From the NCBI GenBank assembly GCA_041559015.1, contig JBFFED010000005.1:2577-66576 (forward strand): 64,000 bases of DNA, written 5' to 3'. A program made the translations under genes and the position numbers. The notes beneath the pieces are model-generated. The model worked only from the letters and a program-made list of their open reading frames with translations. It was not told the origin of the DNA and did not search any database. The stretch comes from Thermoplasmata archaeon. Its GTDB lineage: Archaea > Thermoplasmatota > Thermoplasmata > UBA10834. Positions within the stretch are counted from its first letter, which is position 1. Each line of letters begins with the position of its first letter. Of this stretch, positions 18,368 through 25,953 are shown one piece after another.

Positions 18368-21300
18368 GAAGAAGGTCGGCGCCGTCCTCGTGGTCGGCGG
18401 AGGGCCCGCGGGGATGCAGGCTGCCCTCGACCTGGCGGACTCGGGCTACAAGGTGTACATCCTCGAGACCACAGCGAGCATAGGCGGCACGATGGCCCAG
18501 CTGGACAAGACCTTCCCGACGAACGACTGCTCGATGTGCATCCTCTCCCCGAAGCTCGTCGCGACGGGCAGGCACGAGAACATCACCATGCTGACCCATG
18601 CCGAGCTCAAGAAGATCGAGGGCAAGGCGGGTAACTTCAAGGTCACACTCAACAGGCATTCCAGATACATAATAGAGGAGAAGTGCACGGGCTGCGGAGT
18701 GTGCGCCGAGCACTGCCCTGTCGAGGGGGTCAACTCGTTCGACAGGGAGATGGCCCCCGCGAAGGCCATCTACGTGCCCTTCCCGCAGGCCGTCCCACTC
18801 GTGTACACGATCGACCGGGGGCTATGCATCGGCTGCGGCGTGTGCGAGAAGTTCTGCGAGGCCACGGCCATCCAGTACTCCCAGAAGCCGGACAAGGAGG
18901 AGGTCCTGGAGGTCGGGGCAGTCATACTCAGTCCCGGGTACGATGTCTTCGAGGCTGGCAGGAAGGTGGAATACGGCCATGGCACGTTCCCGAACGTGCT
19001 GACGAACATCGAATTCGAGAGGATGCTCAGCGCCTCCGGCCCGACTGAGGGGCACGTCATAAGGCCGTCGGACGGCGATGTGCCGAAGAAGATAGCGTTC
19101 ATACAGTGCGTCGGATCGAGGGACTCGCAGACCGGCAACACCTACTGCTCTTCGTACTGCTGCATGGCCGCCCTGAAGCAAGCGGTCATAGGCCAGGAGC
19201 ATGTCCCCGGCCTGCAGACGAAGATATTCTTCATGGACACCCGGGCGTTCGGGAAGGAGTTCGAGGAGTACCTGTTCAGGGCCGAGAACGAGTACGGGGT
19301 CCAGGTGCTCAGGAACACGAGGGTGCCCAAGGTCCAGGAGGACCCCAGCACGAACAACCTCATGATATACTACCACGAAGGCCCCGAGATCAAAGAGGAG
19401 GTCTTCGACATGGTGGTGCTCTCGGCGGGGGCGCAGCCTCCGGCGTCCGGAGCTGCCGCAGCCAAGATCATGGGCATCGAGCTCAACAAGTTCGGCTTCT
19501 GCGAGACTGACGACCTCAGTCCTGTGGAGACTTCGGCGCCAGGGATCTTCGTTTGCGGGGCGTTCTCCGGCCCGAAGGACATCCCCGACTCCATCGCGCA
19601 GGCCAGCGGCGCTGCGGGCAAGGTGGCCGCGCTACTCTCAGAGGAGAGGGGGAAGCTCGTCGCGAAGAAGGAGTACCCTCCCGAGAAGGACGTCTCGGGA
19701 AAGCCCCCCAGGATAGGCGTGTTCGTGTGCCACTGCGGGATCAACATCGGTTCCGTGGTGAACGTCCCGGAGGTCATGGAGTATGCGAAGTCCCTCCCCA
19801 ACGTGGCGTACGTCGAGAGGAACCTCTACACTTGCTCTGGGGACACCCAGAAGAAGATCAGGGAGGTCATCGACAAGCACGACCTGAACAGGGTCGTGGT
19901 CGCGAGCTGCACGCCCAGAACTCACGAGCCGCTCTTCCAGAACACGATCCGGGAGGCGGGCCTGAACAAGTACCTGTTCGACATGGCCAATATCAGGGAC
20001 CAGTGCTCCTGGGTGCACAGGCTGGAGCCAGAGAAGGCCACACAGAAGGCGAAGGACCTTGTCAGGATGGCCGTCGCGAAGGCGGCCAAGTTGGAACCCC
20101 TGCCGCAGCCCAAGATACCTGTCACGCACGCAGCCCTCGTCATAGGGGGAGGGCTCAGCGGCATGGCCGCCGCGCTCGAGATAGCCAAAGCCGGCTTCGA
20201 GGTCCATTTAGTGGAGAAAGACAAGGCCCTCGGAGGGCACCTCAGAAGGATATACCACACCCTAGCGGGCATCGACCCGCAAGAGGCTTTCGAGAGCCTC
20301 AAGAAGGAGATCTCGGAGAACAAGAGGATCAAGGTGCACCTCGGGACTGAGGTGGCCGAGGTCAAGGGGTACATAGGCAACTTCGAGTCCACCCTGAAGA
20401 ACGGCGAGAAGGTCAAGCACGGGGCTGTCGTGGTCGCCACGGGCGGCATCGAGTACGAGCCCAAGGAATACGAGTTCGGCAAGCACAAGAAGGTCATCCG
20501 GCAGACCGAGCTCGGAGAGCTGCTCCATAGCAAGAAATTCAAGGCCGAGAACGTGGTCATCGTGCAGTGTGTCGGCTCCAGGAACGAGGAGCACCCGAAC
20601 TGTTCCAGGATATGCTGCTCGACCGCCCTGGCCAACGCAGTCAAGATCAAGAACGATCACCCGGAGACAAACGTGTTCGTCCTCTACAGGGACATCAGGA
20701 CCTACGGCTTCGCGGAGGAGCACTACAACGAGGCTTCCAGGCTGGGCGTCACCTTCCTCAGATACGACCCCGCCTCCCCGCCGAAGGTCACCTCGAAGGG
20801 GGACGACCTCTTCGTGGAGGTGGACGAGGTCTTCATCGAGCAGGCGGTCCGCATCAAAGCGGACTATCTGGTGCTCAACGCAGCAGTACATCCGAACCCC
20901 GACAACCAGGAGCTGGCCAAGCTGCTGAAGGTCCCGCTCAACAAGGAGGGCTTCTTCCTGGAGGCGCACATGAAGCTGAGGCCGGTCGACTTCGCCACCG
21001 ACGGGATATTCCTGTGCGGTCTGGCGCACTCGCCCAGGCTCATAGGCGAGAGCGTCTCCCAGGCGCTCGCGGCCGCCGCCAGGGTCAACACGGTCCTGTC
21101 GAAGGAGTTCATCGAGGCCGAGGGCGTCGTCAGCGTCGTCGACGAGGACAAGTGCATCGCCTGCGGCAGATGCGAGGAGATCTGCGAGTACGGCGCGCCG
21201 AGCCTGGTGGAGGTCAGGCCAGGCGTCATGAAGTCCAAGATCAACGAGGCGCTCTGCAAGGGCTGCGGGTCGTGTGCGGTCGCATGCTGCTCGCGGGCCA

Positions 21301-21392
21301 TCAGCCCGAAGCACTTCAAGACCGAGCAGATACTGACGATGATTGAGGCGTGCCTCAAGAATGACCTCGAGCAGGAGGAGGCGAGGACATGA
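18360..21392 (+). CDS. Tandem (double) HdrA-like flavoprotein
   Basis: 1010 aa. Unit 1 (aa 1-~425) has the FAD fingerprint, TFPTNDCSMC and the inserted ferredoxin. A linker follows. Unit 2 has an HdrA N-domain-like Cys module (PRIGVFVCHCGIN), a second FAD fingerprint (LVIGGGLSGMAAALEIA, no TFPTxDC) and a C-terminal 2x[4Fe-4S] (CIACGRCEEICE, CKGCGSCAVACC). Confidence 0.85.
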   Translation: MAEKKVGAVLVVGGGPAGMQAALDLADSGYKVYILETTASIGGTMAQLDKTFPTNDCSMCILSPKLVATGRHENITMLTHAELKKIEGKAGNFKVTLNRHSRYIIEEKCTGCGVCAEHCPVEGVNSFDREMAPAKAIYVPFPQAVPLVYTIDRGLCIGCGVCEKFCEATAIQYSQKPDKEEVLEVGAVILSPGYDVFEAGRKVEYGHGTFPNVLTNIEFERMLSASGPTEGHVIRPSDGDVPKKIAFIQCVGSRDSQTGNTYCSSYCCMAALKQAVIGQEHVPGLQTKIFFMDTRAFGKEFEEYLFRAENEYGVQVLRNTRVPKVQEDPSTNNLMIYYHEGPEIKEEVFDMVVLSAGAQPPASGAAAAKIMGIELNKFGFCETDDLSPVETSAPGIFVCGAFSGPKDIPDSIAQASGAAGKVAALLSEERGKLVAKKEYPPEKDVSGKPPRIGVFVCHCGINIGSVVNVPEVMEYAKSLPNVAYVERNLYTCSGDTQKKIREVIDKHDLNRVVVASCTPRTHEPLFQNTIREAGLNKYLFDMANIRDQCSWVHRLEPEKATQKAKDLVRMAVAKAAKLEPLPQPKIPVTHAALVIGGGLSGMAAALEIAKAGFEVHLVEKDKALGGHLRRIYHTLAGIDPQEAFESLKKEISENKRIKVHLGTEVAEVKGYIGNFESTLKNGEKVKHGAVVVATGGIEYEPKEYEFGKHKKVIRQTELGELLHSKKFKAENVVIVQCVGSRNEEHPNCSRICCSTALANAVKIKNDHPETNVFVLYRDIRTYGFAEEHYNEASRLGVTFLRYDPASPPKVTSKGDDLFVEVDEVFIEQAVRIKADYLVLNAAVHPNPDNQELAKLLKVPLNKEGFFLEAHMKLRPVDFATDGIFLCGLAHSPRLIGESVSQALAAAARVNTVLSKEFIEAEGVVSVVDEDKCIACGRCEEICEYGAPSLVEVRPGVMKSKINEALCKGCGSCAVACCSRAISPKHFKTEQILTMIEACLKNDLEQEEART

Positions 21393-22984
21393 CGGACAAG
21401 AAGTTCGACCCCAACATAGTCGCTTTCTGCTGCAACTGGTGCTCCTATGCCGGGGCGGACCTGGCAGGGGTCTCGAGGATGCAGTACCCCCCGAACGCCA
21501 GGGTCATCAGGGTCATGTACTCAGGCAGAGTCGAGCCATACTTTATACTTAGGGCGCTCGAGCTGGGCGCGGACGGAGTGCTCGTGGCGGGGTGCCACAT
21601 AGGAGACTGCCACTATCTGTCCGGGAACGTCGAGGCCGAGAAGAGGATGAAGATGACCGAGGAGGTCCTCGACACGCTCGGCCTGGGCAGCAAGAGGATG
21701 CGCCTCGAGTGGATATCTGCCTCCGAGGGCCAGAAGTTCGCCCACACCATGAAGGAGTTCACCGAGCAGATCAAGGGCCTAGGGGCAAACCCGCTCCCGA
21801 AGCCACCGGCGAAGAAGGTCGGCGATCCGGCGTCAATCAAGGAGGCAATGAACAGGATCATAGAGGACACCGGTGCCTTCGACTGCGTCGAGTGCGGCAA
21901 GTGCACGACCGTGTGCCCCGTGGCCAAGTACAACCCCGACTTCGCCCCCAGGACGGTCGTCCTGAAGGCGTCGGAGGGGATAGTAGAGAACGTTGCCAGC
22001 AACAGGGACGTCTGGACTTGCGTAACGTGCGAGCAGTGCAACGCGATGTGCCCATACAAGGTCGACTATTCTGGGTTCATAAGGGGCATGAGGGCCGAGG
22101 CGGTCCAGTTCGACAACGCCCCCGCCTGCTCCCAGGGAGGTCTCATCCATGCAATCATGCGCATCCAGGCGAACAGCGACCTCAAGCAGAACAGGTTGGG
22201 GTGGCTCACGCCGGACCTCAAGGTCGCCGACAAGGGGGAGGTATTCTACTTCACCGGGTGCGTCGCCTACTTCGATGCCATCTTCAAGGAGCGCAACCTG
22301 GGGCTGTCTGGCATACCCCAGTCGGTAGTAAAGATAATGAACAAGGCCGGTGTTACTCCGGTCGTCAGCAACGACGAGGTTTGCTGCGGGCACGACCTCA
22401 ACTGGACGGGGGACGAGGAAGGGCTCAAGAAGCTGATGAAGAAGAACGTCGACCTGGTCAAGGCCTCAGGGGCCAAGAAGGTCGTGTTCTCGTGTCCCGA
22501 GTGCCTGCGGACGTTCAACCTCGACTACCAGGACTTCCTGGGTGACTTCGACTTCGAGATGCAGCATGTGTCGGAGTACGTGGACGACCTCATCCAGGAG
22601 GGCAAGCTGAAGTTCAAGAAGGGGTCCAAGAAGGTCACGTTCCAGGACTCCTGCAGGCTGGGGAGGCACATGGGGATCTACGACCCACCCAGGAACGCCC
22701 TCAAGGGGGCGGATGCCCAGGTGGTGGAGATGGAGAACACCAGGGACAAAGCCGTATGCTGCGGTGTCAGCGCCTGGGCGACCTGCGACGAGATATCCAG
22801 GAAGCTCCAGATCGACAGATTCAAGGAGGCAAAGAAGACCGGCGCTGAGTGCCTCGTCACCGGCTGCTACAAGTGCCTCATACACCTCAGCTGCGCGGTC
22901 GAGAACAAGACCCAGGTCCCCAAGGAGCAGATCGACATACCGATCAAGGACCTGAGCGTGTTCATCGCGGAGGCTCTGGAATGA
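21389..22984 (+). CDS. MvhD-HdrC-HdrB fusion protein (MvhD domain + 2x[4Fe-4S] + two CCG domains)
   Basis: 531 aa. N-terminal IVAFCCNWCSYAGADLAG...GCHIGDCHY, then CVECGKCTTVCP / CVTCEQCNAMCP, then FTGC...VCCGHD...SCPEC and DSCR...VCCGVSA...GCYKC. ATGA overlap with the upstream gene. Confidence 0.85.
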   Translation: MTDKKFDPNIVAFCCNWCSYAGADLAGVSRMQYPPNARVIRVMYSGRVEPYFILRALELGADGVLVAGCHIGDCHYLSGNVEAEKRMKMTEEVLDTLGLGSKRMRLEWISASEGQKFAHTMKEFTEQIKGLGANPLPKPPAKKVGDPASIKEAMNRIIEDTGAFDCVECGKCTTVCPVAKYNPDFAPRTVVLKASEGIVENVASNRDVWTCVTCEQCNAMCPYKVDYSGFIRGMRAEAVQFDNAPACSQGGLIHAIMRIQANSDLKQNRLGWLTPDLKVADKGEVFYFTGCVAYFDAIFKERNLGLSGIPQSVVKIMNKAGVTPVVSNDEVCCGHDLNWTGDEEGLKKLMKKNVDLVKASGAKKVVFSCPECLRTFNLDYQDFLGDFDFEMQHVSEYVDDLIQEGKLKFKKGSKKVTFQDSCRLGRHMGIYDPPRNALKGADAQVVEMENTRDKAVCCGVSAWATCDEISRKLQIDRFKEAKKTGAECLVTGCYKCLIHLSCAVENKTQVPKEQIDIPIKDLSVFIAEALE

Positions 22985-23244
22985 ACGAAGAAGCATTTGG
23001 GGCCATGATTCAAAGACGAAACTTGCAGATTCCTTGCAGCGATATTCACGATTCGAGTTCATTTGAGGGCGGATTGTGCCTCACTCCGAAGGTATTCGCA
23101 GGAGGGACAGGATGAGGCTAGTGGGGCAGTCAACGAAACACATAAGACAGAGGATGAAATACGGCAAGAAGACAGCGGATTGCGCAACTACAGTGCCCGG
23201 GGGGGCGGAGAATACACACGCAGGATCATGACGGAGGTCTTTGA

Positions 23245-25947
23245 ATGGAGAAATCAGTGATGGTGATTGGTGGTGGAATTGCTGGCATCCAGGCCGCCTT
23301 GGACCTGGCCGAGAAGGATATCAAGGTGAGCCTAGTGGAGAAGTCTCCAAGCATCGGCGGGAGAATGGCCCAGTTGGACAAGACATTCCCGACGAACGAC
23401 TGTTCGATCTGCATACTGGCGCCCAAGATGGCGGACTGCTACAACCATCCCAACATCGATGTGCTGACCTACTCTGAAGTTGAGGAGGTCAGTGGGAAAG
23501 CTGGCGATTTCAAGGTGAAGGTCCTGAGGCGGTCAAGATTCGTCGATGAAGAGAAGTGCACTGGCTGTGGAGACTGTTTCAAGGTGTGCCCTGTTGCGCT
23601 CCCGAACGAGTTCGACATGGAGATGAGGGAGCGAAGGGCGATCTTCATGCCCTTCCTGCAATCAGTTCCGCGCGTGGCCGTCATAGACCGACAGGGACAG
23701 GCGCCATGCTCGAACGAGTGCCCCGCGGGACTCAGCGCCCAAGGATATGTCGCGCTGATACGCGCCGAGAAATTCAAGGAAGCCCTGGACCTGATAAGAA
23801 GGACTGTGCCGCTCCCATCTGTGTGCGGTCGCATATGTCACCATCCATGCGAGGAAGGCTGCAACAGAAAGGATGTCGACCAGCCAGTCGCAATCGCCGC
23901 GTTGAAATCATTCGTCGCTGACCATGTTCGCGAGCAAGGCGAAGACAAACCAACGCCCCCTGAGACGAAGCGCAAGGAGAAGGTCGCAGTGGTGGGAGCA
24001 GGGCCTGCGGGTCTTGCGGCGGCCTATCGCCTCGCCCTAAGAGGTTTCAACGTCAAGATACTTGAAGCCACATCCAAGCCTGGCGGCATGCTGTGGTGGG
24101 GGATTCCAGACTACAGGCTTCCGAAGGAGATACTCACCGCCGAAGTGGAGTACCTTCTCAGTCACGGCATCGAAGTGGAGTACGGAAAGACCGTGGGCAA
24201 GGACGTCACCCTGGAGCAGCTGCAGAAGGAATACGATGCTGTCTTCCTCGCAATAGGAGCGCACAGGAGCCTGAAACTTGGCATCCCGGGGGAGGACTTG
24301 AACGGAGTTATGCATGGGGTCGATTTCCTACACAAGCTTGTTGCCAAGGAGAAGGTCACGATAGGCAAGAAGGTCGCTGTGATTGGAGGAGGAAACGCCG
24401 CAATGGATGCAGCCAGAACAGCCCTCCGCTTGGGTTCCGAAGTCACTGTGCTGTACAGAAGAACCAGGAACGAGATGCCTGCCATCGCTTCCGAGATCGA
24501 AGGCGCGGAAGAGGAGGGGATCAAGTTCGAGTTTCTGGTGGCGCCTGTTCGCATTGTTGGCCAGGGAGGCAAGATCTCCGGAATCGAGTGCCAGAAGATG
24601 AAGCTGGGAGAACCTGACAAATCGGGAAGGGCCAGGCCTGTTCCAATCGAGGGCTCGGAGTTCACAATTGAGGTAGACACAGTCATCCCTGCGGTAAGCC
24701 AGGAGCCAGAGATTGAGAAGCTGGGCGCGAAGTCCCTTACAGCGACGAAATGGAAGACCATTGAGGTCAACCCCGGCAACCTCAGCACTAATGTCAAGGG
24801 TGTCTTCGCAGGGGGAGACGCTGTCACTGGACCAGCCTCGGCAGTCGAAGCGTTCGCTGCGGGAAACAAAGCCGCAATCTACATAGAGAGATTCCTGGAC
24901 GGCAAGAGCATAGAGCCTGATCCTGAGGAGAAGGACGAACACATTGTCACTCTGGAGGACATCAAGGCAAGGATGAAGGGGGATATCACTAAGACCGAGC
25001 GTGTGCAGAGACAGAAGCTCGCACTCGAGAAACGCAGAACCACCTTCGGCGAGGTCGAGAAGATCCTCACGAAGGAAGAAGCCCTCAAGGAGGCATCTCG
25101 ATGCGTGAGCTGTGGGCCATGTTCTCGATGCGAGGCGTGTGTCCCTGTCTGCGGTCCCAAGTGCATTGACTACAACATGAAGGATCAGGTCCTGACACTC
25201 AACCCTGCTGCTATCATCGTCGCGACTGGGTTTGACATATGGGATCCGACTTCGTCGACAGAATACGGATACCGAAGGTACCCGAACGTGTTCACGGCAA
25301 TGGAGTACGAGCGGATGATAAATGCCGCGGGACCTACCGGAGGACACATAGTGAGGCGTTCCGATGGCGAGCATCCGAAGAAGATGGCTTTCATCCAGTG
25401 CGTAGGCTCGAGAAATCCGCAGGTGGGGCATCCATACTGCTGCGGCGTGTGCTGCATGCACTCCACCAAAGAGGCCATGCTGGCTAGGGAACACTACGAG
25501 GACGTCAACTCGACGATCTTCTACAAGGACCTCAGAGCGTGCGCGAAGGGCTTCTTCGAGTACGTCGAGAGGGCGAAGAACGATTATGGCGTGAAGTTCG
25601 TGAACTCGGATGCGACCGTGCAGGAAAATCCCGACACGCACAATCCAATCGTAGTCTTCGATATCGGGGGGAAGCAGCAATCCGAGGAGTTCGACGCTGT
25701 GATTCTCGCCACGACGCTGATACCCAGAAAGGAGACAATCGAACTGGCGAAGATACTTGGCTTGAAGCTCGATGAGTTCGGGTTCCTGGAGTCCGCAGAC
25801 AGGATCTTGGAACACGGGACGACGCAGGTTCCCGGGGTATTCTTGGCCGGATACTGCGCCGGACCTGCAGATATCCCCGAATCTGTTGCCCAGGGCTCGA
25901 ACGCGGCTGCCAAAGCGGTCGAAGTGCTAGTATTGACAGGAGCGTGA
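23245..25947 (+). CDS. HdrA-like flavoprotein (unit-1 type) with an inserted GltD/NfnB-like NAD(P)H-binding module
   Basis: 900 aa. HdrA start (VIGGGIAGIQAALDLA, TFPTNDCSICIL, CTGCGDCFKVCP). Then aa ~150-615 resemble glutamate synthase small subunit (CGRICHHPCEEGC, VAVVGAGPAGLAAAYRLA, VAVIGGGNAAMDAART, FAGGDAV). Then it returns to HdrA (KMAFIQCVGSRN...CCGVCCM...GVFLAGYCAGPADIPES). Confidence 0.85.
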   Translation: MEKSVMVIGGGIAGIQAALDLAEKDIKVSLVEKSPSIGGRMAQLDKTFPTNDCSICILAPKMADCYNHPNIDVLTYSEVEEVSGKAGDFKVKVLRRSRFVDEEKCTGCGDCFKVCPVALPNEFDMEMRERRAIFMPFLQSVPRVAVIDRQGQAPCSNECPAGLSAQGYVALIRAEKFKEALDLIRRTVPLPSVCGRICHHPCEEGCNRKDVDQPVAIAALKSFVADHVREQGEDKPTPPETKRKEKVAVVGAGPAGLAAAYRLALRGFNVKILEATSKPGGMLWWGIPDYRLPKEILTAEVEYLLSHGIEVEYGKTVGKDVTLEQLQKEYDAVFLAIGAHRSLKLGIPGEDLNGVMHGVDFLHKLVAKEKVTIGKKVAVIGGGNAAMDAARTALRLGSEVTVLYRRTRNEMPAIASEIEGAEEEGIKFEFLVAPVRIVGQGGKISGIECQKMKLGEPDKSGRARPVPIEGSEFTIEVDTVIPAVSQEPEIEKLGAKSLTATKWKTIEVNPGNLSTNVKGVFAGGDAVTGPASAVEAFAAGNKAAIYIERFLDGKSIEPDPEEKDEHIVTLEDIKARMKGDITKTERVQRQKLALEKRRTTFGEVEKILTKEEALKEASRCVSCGPCSRCEACVPVCGPKCIDYNMKDQVLTLNPAAIIVATGFDIWDPTSSTEYGYRRYPNVFTAMEYERMINAAGPTGGHIVRRSDGEHPKKMAFIQCVGSRNPQVGHPYCCGVCCMHSTKEAMLAREHYEDVNSTIFYKDLRACAKGFFEYVERAKNDYGVKFVNSDATVQENPDTHNPIVVFDIGGKQQSEEFDAVILATTLIPRKETIELAKILGLKLDEFGFLESADRILEHGTTQVPGVFLAGYCAGPADIPESVAQGSNAAAKAVEVLVLTGA

Positions 25948-25953
25948 TGATGA

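Noticed and set aside
25945-25953. Possible selenocysteine or stop-codon readthrough joining the two HdrA-like genes.
   Set aside because: Three consecutive TGA codons followed by an ATG make recoding implausible. Sec in known HdrA proteins replaces a Cys ligand, not a linker position, and I saw no obvious SECIS-like hairpin.
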